NCBI GenBank assembly: GCA_976226885.1 | Contig: OZ320321.1 | Coordinates: 20,894,001 to 20,958,000 of the forward strand | Source of the DNA: Iphione sp. A-MEVVRFRX5 | Taxonomy: Eukaryota | DNA: 64,000 nucleotides | Direction of reading: 5' to 3' | Shown here: in pieces, positions 11,555 through 26,067 of the stretch | Position numbering within the stretch: position 1 is the first letter of the stretch | Layout of the letters: each line of letters starts with the position of its first letter | Translations under genes and position numbers: made by a program | Notes under the pieces: generated by a model | Databases searched by the model: none | The model's input: the letters and a program-made list of their open reading frames with translations, nothing else | What the model was told of the DNA's origin: nothing

Positions 11555-13744
11555 GTGAGCGTGAACTTTGTATAATATACATGTATACACAGCTCTTACT
11601 TCACAGCAACTGTTGTGCTTCAGTAGTGATTGATCATTCATACATCCCCTTTCGTACAGCTCTCCGTCTCAGTGATCGGATTTAAAGCCGAGAGTGGTTT
11701 TCTGATCTGCACGAGATTCGAATATGATTCATGCCATTTGTCTGCATTACATTTTCAGCGCATCCAGAAACACACGGTAGTGTATCGGGCCTTCTGTAAA
11801 TGATGTATCAAGTATTAAAAAATAGTGAATATTTCTAGTTAACATCTGGCTTTGTTCCCCCCTTGAAAGATACGTGTACGTCTGTATTTAAGAAGTCGAC
11901 TCCGTGAAGTTATAATAGCATAAGATTAAGAAACCATGTAACAGCTGGTCTTCGAATTCCTTCTCTCTTTTCTTGACCAGTTTTAGAATTGAATGTAGCC
12001 CAAACTTTCATATTCTCAGCAATAAGTAACCTCTGAGGTTGATAAATGTTAGTGGTTCATGACCCAATCAGAAGAGGACATCTTGTCTTTATGGGCCATG
12101 GCTTCATTTTTGCAACAGTTTTATTGCAGCCAGGCGCAAAGTCCACTTGGTGCGTGTAAATATGTGCACTCATTTCTTCCTTGATGCATAGCAAACAAGC
12201 TGTCAAATTGTCTAGGTTGACCCAACTAGAACTAGCAAAGACTTCCCTATACAACAGTTGCATAGACAGAGAAATGTACATGAATGTAGGCTGACCATTT
12301 CATGTACACACTGTACAATGTACAAAGTGCAACCGATAATACACATATATATGTAGATATAAGAAGTATTATAACCTCCTCCCGGGGGGGCTATTATAAG
12401 ATTAGATGTATACTTAAGCAACCATCACTCAGCCTAAACTAAGGTACGGCCGTATGTAGGTTGATATGTTTTGTGGACATGTTGCCTCAGGGAGTCATCC
12501 GATCGAGTTATTCCACGGTCTGAGGATAAGGATTTCTTGTGGCACTGGAAAAGGAATAAATAATAATAATGATGAACGTACTATTACAGTTTCAGTTTTG
12601 ACACTGAGGTAATACTATAAACGCACAGGCAACATTGTTTTTGGAATATCATTGTCGCATTTCCGACTAGTAATCACGTAACTGTGCCTACGAGGTCAGC
12701 AGCGTAGACTGGTCAAGTTGTAATCACGTTTGTCATTAATGTGAAACAGTGTGGTTGACATCCCTAACGTTCCTGTCATAATTATCACCTTCAGCAAAAT
12801 TCATTGGAAAACTTATGTTTTTATTATGAAGGTCCTCACATGTGTGAATGTAATAGAATCCGTTGATAGACGGAGGGTAAAGGTAGCTTTTGAGGTCCTT
12901 AGGGCTGTTTTCCTTTCATGTGTGATGCATTTGTGTTGTATTTGCATTGCATTTTTTTAACCAGCAGCTGATGATGGAGGTGTTGCCATACCTGCGTTGT
13001 GTGATGTGTTGATGGGGGTTATGTTAGTATGCATTGTTCATTATTGTGTTTTAATTCAATGAAAACACACACAAATGCAGCAATAGTATGAAAAAGAGTT
13101 TTTTTTTAATTCTAGGTGTGTGTGCCTGTGGAAAACTCCACCTAAGTAGTATATAATTAGTATAAAAGCTGCATAATTGCCATAAATTTGGCTCACTTTC
13201 AACAAAAACTTTCACTTTCCACTTTCCACCCACACTGCACAATTTCGCTCCGTATATACCAGTTTTATTTACTTTACAAACACACACATACAGGAACACC
13301 TTGCAACATCATGCAAAACCTGCAAGTAAAAGTCATCCATCCCAATTTCACCAGGCATTACAACACAGTCCCAATGCATAGACACGTGAATGGAAACCTG
13401 CCCTCAGGTGATAGAGAGAAAGAAGGAGGGGTGATTGCATAGGTCTTTAGGTCCTTAGCCAGAGAGACAGACAGACAGACAGACAGGGACAGAGAGACAG
13501 AGGCAGAGACAGACAGAAAGCCAGAGACAGAGGGGGGGGGGCGTGAAAGTGGGTTTTTAGGTCTTTCGGTAGACCCATTACCTGATTACATGTATTAGCA
13601 CTTCGGTCAGTTCCTTTGTTGTGAGAAGGGATGTATAGTTTCCCAGCCTGATGCCGTGAAAGAATGCTACTCTCGTCTTAATTACTCACAACAGTGGAAC
13701 ACTTGTATATATATATTTTTTTGGTTCCTTGTATGTTTCGATAG

Positions 13745-13824
13745 GAGGCAACGTACGAGACGCTGCAAGAGTTCCACGAAACGGCTGACGAGGAAATCAG
13801 GGCCTTCTGTCAGATGGTGGCAAG
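13745..13824 (+). CDS. PIK3C2A: PI3K-C2 exon 2 (EATYETLQEFHETADEEIRAFCQMVAR)
   Basis: atag| and |gtaggt, phase 0 to 2; resembles the EEMAAFC segment of class II PI3Ks. Confidence 0.92.
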
Positions 13825-16070
13825 GTAGGTCCCCAGTCGTTGTCATCTTTTTTTTTTATCATAATTCTCCTACTGAACATTTTTCCTTCTCATAAGGTCT
13901 CTTTGTCCATACCTCCGTCCCTATGTTCACAGATCTGTACCGTCCCTAGACTGTAGAGGGTCAGCACTGCCGGGGCCCTCTGTGTATGGTTCGGGTACGG
14001 TACATGACCCCTGAACCTAGTGCAAAACGCGTGGGAGTATGGACAAATGTACCGCTAATGGTGTCTCAGTCTTCCTGCCCCAGTTTTCGTGTGGACCACT
14101 TATATTTAAGAAAATTGATCTAGAGACCAGCGCATTGCTGAAGATATCCAGCCTTAATGATAATGAGAATTATGCAACATTTTGTTAAATTTGAGAATTA
14201 TCCTCCAGTTAATGTTATATTCACTTTGTCAGCGAAGGTCTGAAGCTTGACAATGTTTTTTGATTCTTGATAATATGGCTTCATATCAGATGAGAACTGA
14301 TCAGATTATCTCGGCTGTCATAGATTGTGCTTTGTAATTTGTATGCAGCTGATTTCCTCTCTTTACCTTACAAGGTGATCCTGTCTCAAATGTTGGTGTT
14401 TGCTGAATTCATATCCCGAACACCGACATAGTTTACTGTCGGTTGACTTCGTTGTTCGAATATAAACTGACTTACATGTACATATTTGTATATAATACAT
14501 GTATACGTTTGTTTTTGCATGCTAGGATACTTGGTCTGTGTTAACTGCGGGCCGCTTCTGAACTATTCATATCGGTTTGATATATAGCCCCGTTGTAAAA
14601 CTTTACATAACCTCTCAGCTGTGTGATACGAAAGCTATAACGTGATTGGTTACTACACAGTTAGGTGGCACCCTGTTGTATTGACCCATATTGAAATATG
14701 TATGCAAGATGATGTGTTATTGGCCACCTCAGGTCAGTTTAACCGGGCATGTACATGTACCACCAGGAGCCTGGGGAGCGAACGTTGTGGTCGGCACACA
14801 CTGACTTGCGATCTTCATTTTCTGCAGGCACACTAACCGTCCTAGCTGTTGCTGGCATGGGAATCACACAGCATCCACTCACTTTCAGTTCATTTCTCGT
14901 GCACTATGGGTTTTGTTTTCTTCTAAAACCCACTCATTATGGCTTATAGTCCCCCTGACTGACCCTCCCCATCGTGACTCTCACGCAGCGATAGGAATTA
15001 GGACAAATATATATATAATACATATATATTAATTTCTGCCTTCAGGACTGTTCGGTAGCTGTGAAGAAGAAATTGTCCTATTTAATTGATTCATCTGTAA
15101 GTCATCCAGCGTTAAGAATAAAGGGGAAAAGTATGTGTAATAGTAACGGGATTATGAATTAGCTGATATACACGTACCCTGCCGCTAACACACCTGATTG
15201 GCTTCCTTGAAGTTATGAGTTTCCATGGCTTGTCCGCCTCAGTTTTCACGTAGCATGCCACAAATAGTCAAGCCTTTAGGTCAAAACAATTCAATATTGC
15301 CTACGTTGACATTTTCCTAAAAAAAGGGAAAAAGTCAGACTCATCTCCCGAAAGTGTTTATTGCGTTCATCGTCCATTAAAAAGACAAGTGATGTTTTAA
15401 ATGTGTGTGGTTGTGCGTCCAAAAATGAGCGATGAGTTTTATTGCTGTCTGCCTAGTGACCCCCTCCCCCCGATCAGTGCCCCCACCCCCATCCCAGCTG
15501 ATATGATTCCTGATGGCAATATAACGGCAGCTTTGGCCAGGTCTCGCCACAGATCACGTCAGAGGTCACGTGCTTAACGACGGTGGCCACCCAGACCGCC
15601 TTCTGGCGTATGTGATCTACTTGTATGATGAACGTTCTTTTTGTCAAGAGGTGTGTATCAACAGTGATTACACCCGACAGCTCTAGTATATATACATGTA
15701 TTCTTGTATTTTCGGTCTCAAAGAGCGAACAAAACTCAGTTTATCAAATAATTCAGCTTTGTGCTTATGGAGCTAAATACAATGTACCTGCAGTATTAAC
15801 GATACCTCGTGAGAATATGACCCCTCTTAATGGCGAGGTTAGCCAACTCGGTAGACTTTAGGGTATTTTGTCAAGTCAGTCGATCAGCAATGGCTGGCTG
15901 ATTACATCATCAATATGCATTCACCATAAAAAAAATATATGGTGAGAGGCACATGCCACCGAGACAACCGTGGCATCACTACGAGAAGGTTTCATCCGCC
16001 AGACCTCACTTTAGTTCACGGTCGTATCACCTATAACATTGGTTAGCCACGTACATCTATTATTCCTTAA

Positions 16071-16380
16071 GGCCCTGTTCACATATATCCGTAGGAAAAA
16101 TACGTCTACAGGTCTGGAGGCATGAAATACCAAATGCTGATCCATTTTTTTTATTGCCCACGTCTGTAGACCAGATGTCGTTTCACCATTGCAGCCTAAG
16201 GAATACAGATCCGTATCCGTAGAAAGACTGTCACAGAGGGTTCTTGAATACAAATACATTTCCGTATCCATTTTCAAACGGATGCATGTGAAGACAATAG
16301 TATGATTGCTTTGGATGGATGAAATCCGTCCATGGATCCGTACATGTTTTGAAAAAATATGGATGCATGTGAACACCCCC
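16071..16380. mobile_element. PIF/Harbinger-like MITE
   Basis: TAA-ggccctgttcacat ... atgtgaacacccc; related to 47734-48045. Confidence 0.7.
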
Positions 16381-17579
16381 TCAGAGAGGTATACCTGTAC
16401 TCTTTTCATTACTTAAAGAATGAATTCCATTACTTTATGAGACGTGCCTATACTCTAGCCATCCCATTTCTCTTCCGCTGCCCTAGGATTTGGCAGTATG
16501 GTTTTTTTAATGTAAACATTCGCTTAGAAAATGGATGGTAAAAAAGGGTGTATATATTGCAAAAATTGAAGCAAGAGAAATATAAACTGGGCTATGATTT
16601 CAGTCTATATCTTATCAAATTATTCAGACGACGTGGAGAAGATTCTAACCCGTAGGTTTTATACACAAAACCAGCAACGTGCCGTTTAGTCAATATTTTT
16701 CGTAACACCTCAAAGGACCATTATTCTTATTGCCAAAAATGATCTGAAATGCGTACTGCATATTACTAGTAATCAGACGTGAAGATTAAACGGTTCAGAT
16801 TTGCGCCGGGAAAACTTGTTGAAGAGCTTTCAGTTTGGCTGAAGAGGTTGATGTACAGACTTCACCGCATAGTGCCTCAGACTCCTAGTTATACTCGGAG
16901 GGGGGGGGGGGAGAGGAGGAGGAGGGGAGGGTGGTAAGTAGTATCCAGACAGGAAAAACGAGTACAACGCAATATTCAAACATTCGTTGCCAACAACAGC
17001 ACGACAAGCGTTTACATTAACTCTTTTATGGCGGGTCACGTCCGCACTCCGGCCATTACTATCTCTACAGCAGTATATCTTTCTAAGCAGAATTGTACAT
17101 GGGAGAATTAAGTCCACAGTTTATATACCACGTAATCTAAAAGATGATTAACAAGCTAGCAACCGTGTCAGGGACGTGGACATATAAAACCGTTTAACCG
17201 TAAATACACTACACTGAATCTAATACCGTTGAATATATCTATACCTAACTGATTCTGCCATTACACAGTCTGTCATACAGAAATCTGTAGGTGTTTCTCG
17301 AGGCAAATAGTTCACTGTTCTTTGACAAAGAGCATGCCTTGTAAAAGCGGTTGCCATGCGAAACACGAACAGGTGTACACGAAACCCCAGCGATTAACGA
17401 AAAAGAAAGAGAAAGACAGATGGAGATCAAAGCAGACCAAGTTAATTACACAAGTATAATGAAAAAATGTCGAAAGGTTGGGAAAATTGCCATTGTTTCA
17501 TTAAGGTTTAACGACATATATTAGGATGCACAGAGCAATCATATAAGGAGACCCGGGATGCAACATTTAAATACATGTA

Positions 17580-17877
17580 TACAGGTGCGCCTCTGTTAAC
17601 GAAGTGAACGGATTCTTTTATATCACTTCATCGTGAGCAACGTGTTTACCAGAGGCATATCATTCCTGTATGAATTTTCAATGCCTTTGAATTGATATCT
17701 AGTAAAATCACGTTTGTGATTGAAAAAAAACTGTTGTCTTATGGTTTTATGGGTTTTCCCTTTAATTTTAGTTTATTTTGGGGGAAAACAGGTTGGTAAA
17801 AGTGATCAGGAAACCAACTTCATTATACGTATAGGCGCTTCATTCCCAGAGGCCTCGTTAACAGAAGTTTACATGTA
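17580..17877. mobile_element. TA-flanked MITE, same family as 6986-7298
   Basis: TA-caggtgcgcctctgttaacga ... tcgttaacagaagtttacatg-TA. Confidence 0.75.
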
Positions 17878-20800
17878 CATGTATGTTTACAATATAGCTT
17901 CTGCACATCTATCAAGGCGTCTGAAATGGACCATTTCGAGTCGACGACAGTTTCAGGTTATAACTAGACCAGATAGGTCATTGGCCAGGAAGAAGGCTAA
18001 ATTAGTAGCAAACAGAGAGGACGACTGGGCGAATGGAATGGTAACAACACCGATGTATATGCTTTGAAACTAGACAGGCATCACTGTCACTTCTTGTCCC
18101 ACTTCTCCTCGTTTCCCTACGTGTAAATCAGTGAGCGTCTGTCAGTGTTTGTGTAACTCGGTGTGTGTGCGTTTGTGTGTGTGTGTGTTTTTTTTTTTTG
18201 GGGGGGGAGCAAGAGGCAGCATACACTGTGGCCATAATAATGAGAGTTCCCAACAGTCACTTGACCACTGATGGACGTGACCCAGTTCTCCATGGTAACG
18301 ATTGCTGCTGACCTACGCATAAAAAACTAAATTCCCCTTAATATGATGGAATTTAGTGGGCTTTATGGCCCTCCTGTGTTCATCTGCGTTTGGCCTGGCA
18401 ATACAGCTGTTAGTCTCAACTTTACAGCTGACGGTCATATATACACGACCATCCAGGTCTACCATTCACACCTAATCCCAACTACGCACTTGCTTTTGAT
18501 ATGAGACAAGACATCAGTCTTTGAACTTAATTTCAAGATGATCCTAACTCATCCATGTACTGTATTTAATTGTGGCGGGAAGAGCGGAGAGTCAAACAGT
18601 TGAATAACAACATAACCAGGGCCTCTTGGGCTGGTCTGGTGGTCAAATTGTGTCGCTTCCTTAAGAGATAAGAGAGCCGTTCTCCTATAAGATGGACACG
18701 TATGCGAACAGAAGCTGAATACAAATGGAGCTGTCTAGGGGGTTCACCTGCACCTGAGCCACAGGAGGAGGCCACAAACTCAGCCTGAGACGATGAAGGT
18801 TTTATGTGTTTTCAAGGATGTCGCTGCTTCACGCAGCTGAGCCATGGCGAGTGTGTATGGATAATGAAACACACTCGGTGATCATGAGAGATTGGACTGT
18901 CACAATGACATCTTGGTGTCAGCAAAGCCCCATTACTCATAGGATGTAGTCTTTGCTACTACGATTAAACCTCTTTTAATGAAACCCCTCAGAAAGAAAC
19001 AAGCACAATGATTTATTAACAGATATTAACTGGGAAAAAAAACTTTGACAGTATAGCTAATGCACACTGGAACGGTGTACCTTTGATAAAAATAAGTTCC
19101 CTGCGATGGGGTGGAATCGAGAAATAAACCTGTAACTGTGTTGAGGTGTTCCCGTCCCTTCAAATAGCGGTGTATTATATAGTATGAGATTAAGTTTGGA
19201 GTTTTGAATATAGCAAAGTTCGCCTTATTGTACAGGCGTGGTATAGAGTGCAAGTCATAAACTATCGATTTTGTGTCATTTATGTGTTATTTATGTAATA
19301 TTGATAGTCATCGAACAGAAACAGAACTGTCTTATATGTGTGACTTTCTTGGTGTTAGCTGTTTTAGGGGAGTGCAGAACTCTCAAGGCCAGTCCACTGC
19401 CTTTATTATACATGTATGTCGAAGGTCAAAAGGTTAGTTACATCGATTGGCGACTGTTGTCTCAAAGACCACCTCTGTCATCCTGATGACCAAGATAAAC
19501 TATGCCACAAAACGATAGACTACTTCCCTGTCTGTCAGGGCTAATGTACCCCAAACATGTTCATTATAAATGTACTTTCAACTTATCACCTCTTTTTGAA
19601 ACATTTTTGTTCACGAAATTCCCAACAAAACTCTAAGGAATTGAAATGTTCAATTGGTTTTATTCTTATGACGATGCAACCACCCCCAGAGTTTTGTTCC
19701 TTTCTGAAAACGATGACCTATCGGTACGAAAAGTCTTGTGTTTAAGTTTTCTCTTCTTCGTTAGGATCTGCAAGTCATTTTTGTTACATGCCACAAACTA
19801 TTGTCGTATTGTGATCTGTGATGATTCAGCTTTCCTGTATGGTAGATAATGAGGTAAACTTTATATATACATGGAATATATACTTGCACGCACGTATGAA
19901 GTTTTCCTTTTTTTCACTGCGAACCAGGAACTTCCTTTGGTATCATCTTTGCGGCGAGGCGTTTTTTTTGTTTGTTTCAGTCAGCAGAACGAACAGGAAG
20001 ATATCTGTGAGCCGTTGTAATTGAGAGTAACGAATGACATCTGTCTTCCTTTGCAGCCCAATTGTCGTTTTTAATATTTTCATTTGCCGAAGCGGAAGCA
20101 CCCATGGAGACAATACCCCCCCCCTTTACGTGGGACACTGCTGGAATCTTTTCCACTAACATGTTTTGTATATTGTCTGTTCCTCCTCCGTCGTTTCCCT
20201 CTCTCAGTGTCGATCAAGATGTGCTGCAGCAGTAAGTCTTTATCTAGGAGCCAAGCAAACCGTCAAACTTACCCTCCCCTACTTCACCCCTACTCTGTCC
20301 TTTTCCACCTCACTTACTGAGGGGTGCGCAGGGTCCTATTTGTCCTTTTTACGGACCGCAGATTCCCCCCCCCCGCCCGCCGTGTAAGGTCCATTAGATA
20401 AAAGGACCCCATCCCAACCAGTAAGGTCCATTAGGTAAAAAGACTTATATAAGAGCTTAAAAATTACTTGATAGAACTTTGTATTGCGACCTGATACAAC
20501 GAGTGAGAGTTAAGTTCAATTAAGTTCTCATAGAAATACGGTACTTAAGCCCTAATTCAAAAAAGGTCGGCTGTTAACTGTCCAATGCCATTTAATTGTG
20601 CAAATAACCTTTCAGATAAGTGATAGGTGTCAGTATCCAGTTCTGTGCCCCCTGACACCCCTATGATAGTGACCATTTTAAATGACCAGTCTTAATTACT
20701 AGGAGCCATACGGGAATTCAGAGAAATTCCATTTGTGATTCAGTAAAACGTCTTCAAGATCATGACAAAAATCTCGCGGTGACTGCGCACCCCTAAAGAC

Positions 20801-22235
20801 TGCCCCCAAGCCCTTCATGCACAATTCTTAGCCATTCACCTTGCATGTCGCTTCAACCATGTTCAGGTTACCATAACAACGGGGACCTCCCCCCCTCCCA
20901 CACGTTGGGTGGAACTCCTGCATTTCCATACAAGTTGGGGGGAATACACCCTTGTCTTGTAAACATCACAGCTTTGCCTTATGTTTTGTTGATGTTGGGT
21001 CTCATGAGTCGTTCCATTTAAAAAAAAACAAAACAAGTTGACCAATATTTGCCTGCTGGGAAGTTCAGTTTTATTTTTTCTCTCTATAATTTTTTTGTAC
21101 TGCCTGTAATCGTTTAAGTTGATGAACAAGTTTCCTCTATGGCGTTTGCCCTTTTTTGTTTTCTTCTATAATTTGTTTGTTTTGGCTTGTCATCGTTTGG
21201 TAGTGCCCTAAGCATGAATGTGTAGAGTTGGTTTTTTTTGTTTTTTGTTTTTGTTTTTTTGCTGCAGTAGTCTTCTGTAGATTTTCATGCTCTCATGAAT
21301 GAGGATCAAGCAAGCCCAAATATTAAGGAAGCCAAGAGCTTTGCACTGATTTACATATATCACCAGAAATGGAGAAGTTGATGCATGGCCTATGATCACA
21401 CAGTAGGCTGTAGAATGTTAACAGGTGAAGATACTGCCTGTTAAGTCCTCTCATTCATATCCTCAATACCCACTGTTTCAGAACCTTTTGTTTAGGATGT
21501 AGAATTTCAAATAGTGAATCCAGTTTGGAAAAGTCAAAAGCCTTGACATGACACCAGCCATGTCATTGTTATTTTGAAATTGATCCGTAACATAGAAAAA
21601 CTGATCGTAAATCACACTTAAACGTCTCCGTTCGGTCTGCGATCTGACATTTAGCACCGAGAAATCCAGGGGATGTAGAAGTCGTTGATCTGTCACTTTG
21701 ACATGAATCATACTCATATCTGCCACCTTCATGAGAAAGATTTCTTTGCCCCTTAAATATTTATTAACACCACCTTTTTTGTGATGGATAATCTGTGCCC
21801 CTGTAAATTCAGGGGACTATCTTGTTATCGAGGTAACGATGAGTAAGGAAAACATAATGAAGGAAGGCTAATTTTTCCTCATTCAGTCATAAGTGGTTTC
21901 TAAGTAGTAGTTTAGTCCTGATTTAACCTTTCCAGTAGTCTAACTTTGAATTATATGAAGAGTAAAGTAGTTTTTTTTCTTCTTAATAGCTCAATCTTGG
22001 CTTGATGTAAATCTCATTAAATTATAGGTTCAAAAAATGGAAAACCCAAGGAATGCTTAGAAGAGCCAGTCTCGTAACGCCCTCCCCATGAAGAGGTCAC
22101 AGTAATAGATCCAAATACTAACCACATCTTTGCATATTTTGCACTGTTTTCCCCACAGTACAGCCGTTCTTATTTTTTTTCTTTAAATGCTGATTTTTTT
22201 CCCCCTTTGTCTTCGTCTGTTCACAATTCGCCCAG

Positions 22236-22387
22236 GTTGAAACAGCAGCATTCCCACGATGACCCGGTCACCAACCGCGGGCTGGTCATCAGCACCCGCC
22301 TGAAGCACCCACCCTACATCAACATGACCGTCAAGGTGGTCGTCCTGACTGACTTCTCCAAAGAACCCGTGATCTTTACCTGTGACT
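22236..22387 (+). CDS. PIK3C2A: PI3K-C2 exon 3 (LKQQHSHDDPVTNRGLVIS...VIFTCD), RBD start
   Basis: cccag| and |gtaagt, phase 2 to 1. Confidence 0.95.
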
Positions 22388-22660
22388 GTAAGTACTTCGG
22401 ATTTAATGAGATGCAGAGTCAGTTCAATCCACCTAGACAATCAAGCAACTATGTCCCATGTTGTTGGCAACGTCCAGAACACTGTAAAAGTGCATTTCTA
22501 AGAGCCTGAGAACGTTTTCTCCAAATACATGTACAGCTTCGGACAAATGGATTGGGCAGTAACACCCATCAGGTGAGGATTCTGAAAAAAACACAATAAA
22601 ACAACGATGAAAACCAAAGGTAATCTTTATTATGGTTTTACACGCTGCTCACTGTTCCAG

Positions 22661-22781
22661 TGAATTCCTCGGTGGAGCACGTGATCAGTCACGTGCTGTT
22701 GTCACTCACTGACGACCTTGGGCATTCTCCCCTCGACACCTTCATCATTAAGGTTCATGGCCTCACGGAGTACATGGTCAA
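22661..22781 (+). CDS. PIK3C2A: PI3K-C2 exon 4 (NSSVEHVISHVLL...IIKVHGLTEYMV), RBD
   Basis: ttccag| and |gtaagc, phase 1 to 2. Confidence 0.95.
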
Positions 22782-23268
22782 GTAAGCAAATTCATATTTC
22801 TTTAGAGTCCCAGTTACCAGTAATCAACAGTAGCGTGGAGGCTGATCAGAAGGGCGTGCTTTGACAAGTACTTAATGTGTCTGCAGTTAACAGTAGAATG
22901 AGTAAAATGTGTATTCCTTAGAAATACAAGAATGTTATATAGTTGAAACTTGCATAAGAGACCAACTTTTGGACTGGAGGATTTTGGTCTGTTTGCAAGG
23001 TTGGTCTCCCCTGCAAGTTGAATACTAATGAGAACAGACAGTTTGGGACTGGAGAATTTTGGTCTCTCCTTAGGGTTGTCTCCCCTTCCAGTGGCTCTTT
23101 AGGAGGGCGTTGACTGTATATCACATGGTAATTTGCCCCGAAGATTGTATGTTATTTGGTGGGAGGGATGAAAAGAACTTTGACCAAAGTATGTTTCCCA
23201 ACAACTCAAAGCTTCATCCAGCGAGGGGTCAGTTTGTCGTTGATCGATTCCCATGTGCATCTTGCTAG

Positions 23269-23454
23269 TGACTCCAAACTGGGCGATTACGAGTACGTCC
23301 AGAACTGTTTGAAGCTGGACGAAGACATTCGCCTCATCCTGTGCAAGCTGGAGTCCGTGCCAAAGTCTCTTCTCCGTACCGCCGATGACGATAAGCAGCC
23401 TGTCTTCGTGCCCAAGCACCGGGATCCGGATGTCGCTGGAGCCAAAGTCACAAG
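23269..23454 (+). CDS. PIK3C2A: PI3K-C2 exon 5 (DSKLGDYEYVQNCLKLDEDIRL...KVT)
   Basis: cttgctag| and |gtctgt, phase 2 to 2. Confidence 0.92.
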
Positions 23455-24001
23455 GTCTGTAGCCGAGAACCTTCGCTCGTATGGTATTGTTACGACCTGG
23501 CCTCAACATGTATAGCCATGTCCAGGCTTGAGCTCGAATTAAGATGCAGTTTATTCAGAAGTCAGACATAAACTGAATTTGTACTCCACACTGGAGGGCT
23601 TATTACACTACATGTACTCTTATAAAATGGCTGCCGGAAGTAGGCCGCATGCATTGCACTGACCGCACATGCGTGAAACCTAACCAGCCAAAGAGTGCGC
23701 TCTTTACAAAAGGGTTTAGGGTGTTGTTTTGGAATTCCCCAATGATAACGTCATCATGGGAAAGCCCAAAACACAGTATCTCCCTGCTGCCACCACTCCA
23801 AGGTAGAGATGNNNNNNNNNNNNNNNNNNNNNNNNNNNNNNNNNNNNNNNNNNNNNNNNNNNNNNNNNNNNNNNNNNNNNNNNNNNNNNNNNNNNNNNNN
23901 NNNNNNNNNNNNNNNNNNNNNNNNNNNNNNNNNNNNNNNNNNNNNNNNNNNNNNNNNNNNNNNNNNNNNNNNNNNNNNNNNNNNNNNNNNNNNNNNNNNN
24001 N

Positions 24002-24104
24002 AAGAGGAGAGAGACAGAGAGAGGGAGATAGAGAGGGAGGGAGACTAATAGATAGGGAGGAAGAGAGGGAGAGAGAAAGGGAGAGGAGAGAGAGAAGAGA
24101 GAGG

Positions 24105-24155
<51 letters not shown>

Positions 24156-24175
24156 TGTGTGCGTGTGTGTGTGCA
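24002..24175. repeat. (GA)n/(GT)n microsatellite next to a gap
   Basis: Direct inspection. Confidence 0.95.
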
Positions 24176-25132
24176 CGTGCGCCTATCAACTATAAGTGCA
24201 AGCACCGAAGGCGCTTGTATATACATACAGTGTGACCGTGCAGATCAGCAACTTTTGCGGAGTACATGTATGTGCAATTGGCAGAGTGGCAGTGACTGCG
24301 CCAAACGACATCCAGTCGCCCCCCCCCCCCTCCCTTCGCTTGAGTTAGCGTGCGCCCTTTTTCGAGTTAGCGTGCGTTTCAGTGGTGAATATGCATTTAG
24401 ACATTCATGCGGATACACTGAACGGTTTATGGTAGAAATGCAGAATGTGTATACCTAGGGAAACGTAAGATAGGCTATTAACATGCACGTACATTTTCTT
24501 AGTGGTTTTTCCACCCACAATGTTTTATATACGTCATGGCTAGAGTAACTCGGTTACTCAACCAAAACCTCCAATAGAAGCAGGTGAGCCTCATCCTAAG
24601 GTACTGGGACGGTGAGAAGAGTGAGTCCACAGCCCTCTTTTCAGCTCAGAGATGATAGGCCACGCCTTTCAGCTTCCAGACCTGTAGCACAACGTTTGGC
24701 GAGCATTAAATTTGTAAATTGCTATCATTCATTGACATCACATCTATGATATCATCAGTTGTCAAACTTTATATTTCTTACCTTTACTATAAGTATCAGT
24801 GAATGGTGACAGTAAACCAGTGCTGTCCACGCTGTCAAAAACATGCCTTTTTGGGCGACAGCTGGAAATTAACTATTTTCTATTCAGTTGGATTCAGTTC
24901 AAAGAACATTGACACCATGTGGATATGTAGAACATAATGACGATCATATGAAGACGATAGAATGCGGATCATGAGGAGATCCTTCGCTGTACTTGAAGGA
25001 TCAGAAGTGTAAAAGTTCGTTGGAGCGGTTTAGAAGAGGGAGCAGGTGTTGTACAGAGTCAGGGGGCCGCTTAAGTAGGTGGGGTCAGGAGGTCATCATC
25101 ATGATATCGACTACTTTGTCTTGTGTTTGCAG

Positions 25133-25202
25133 GGAGAAGATGAATATCCTCATGGAAAACTTTTACCGCGAAGTGGAGCGGTTGAGGGACAATGCCCTTC
25201 AG
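25133..25202 (+). CDS. PIK3C2A: PI3K-C2 exon 6 (EKMNILMENFYREVERLRDNALQ)
   Basis: ttgcag| and |gtgagt, phase 2 to 0. Confidence 0.9.
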
Positions 25203-25665
25203 GTGAGTAACTATGGCAACAATCTGTCTGATCCCGTTCCTCATAAAGGAGTTCGGATGGGGGTGGGGGTAGGGGTAGGGGGCTTGGGAATACTGCTGTT
25301 CGACCATCCTACCTTCCGTCAAGAGACTGTGGATGTATCTGCTTGTAAGCCATTATGTCAAATGTGGTGATCTTTACATATATTATTCCAGTACAATATG
25401 TGCTTGGTACTTTGTCATAAACTCTAGGATGCCATTTTCTCACTCACACACACTCGTATGCACACATGCACACATACACACAACAATAATACCAACAACA
25501 ACAACAATGTTTGCAAACTACAAAGCACGGAGCTGCTCACCCAGGCAGAACTATATATATAATCAGTTCCAGCTGATTGAATGACTGGCGGGGGCAATAG
25601 AACTCTGATGTGGACAGCCTGCATTTGATGACCCTTTCCCCCCCCCCCCCCCACATTGTTCTTAG

Positions 25666-25797
25666 GTTGGTGCGTCCCAAGTCCACTGCAAGTCTGTGAT
25701 TCAGTCAGTCAAGGCGGTCTGCGCTGTTCTCTCCAAGATTGAAACCATCGACATCATCAAAGCAGTCCAGAGACTACAGGCTGTCACCATTGATAAG
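25666..25797 (+). CDS. PIK3C2A: PI3K-C2 exon 7 (VIQSVKAVCAVLSKIETIDIIKAV)
   Basis: cttag| and |gtaagc, phase 0 to 0; matches the conserved VIQSVKAIC helical-bundle motif. Confidence 0.95.
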
Positions 25798-25882
25798 GTA
25801 AGCCAGAGCCATAGATGAAGGTTTCCCAGCTTTTGAACCTGAATAATTCTGCCGATCTTGAAACGCAAAGAAGTTGAATTGA

Positions 25883-26067
25883 TACAGTGTCCCCTCACTA
25901 ATAAGACCACCATTGGTTCTTAATTACCTTATGTAGTCTGAATATATGGAGTGGTCTTATTTGAGAGGGGTATTTATATACACGCATGTAATTATGTTCC
26001 TTAAAAGTGGTCTTACTGGGGAGGTTGTCTGGTTAGATAGGTGGCCGTAGTCCGAGGGGACACTGTA
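25883..26067. mobile_element. TA-flanked MITE
   Basis: Perfect TIR TA-cagtgtcccctc ... gaggggacactg-TA. Confidence 0.85.

Noticed and set aside
9837-11641. Long alternative-frame and antisense ORFs (152-310 aa) overlapping exon 1
   Set aside because: Expected shadow ORFs of a very GC-rich, low-complexity coding exon; no independent motifs
21570-21730. Minus-strand PGFLGAKCQI resembling the end of an EGF repeat
   Set aside because: Upstream cysteines are missing and the frame is short; likely chance
23603-24458. ORFs of 157-269 aa (also those spanning the gaps near 3000, 44800 and 52000)
   Set aside because: Artefacts of translating through N runs and microsatellites
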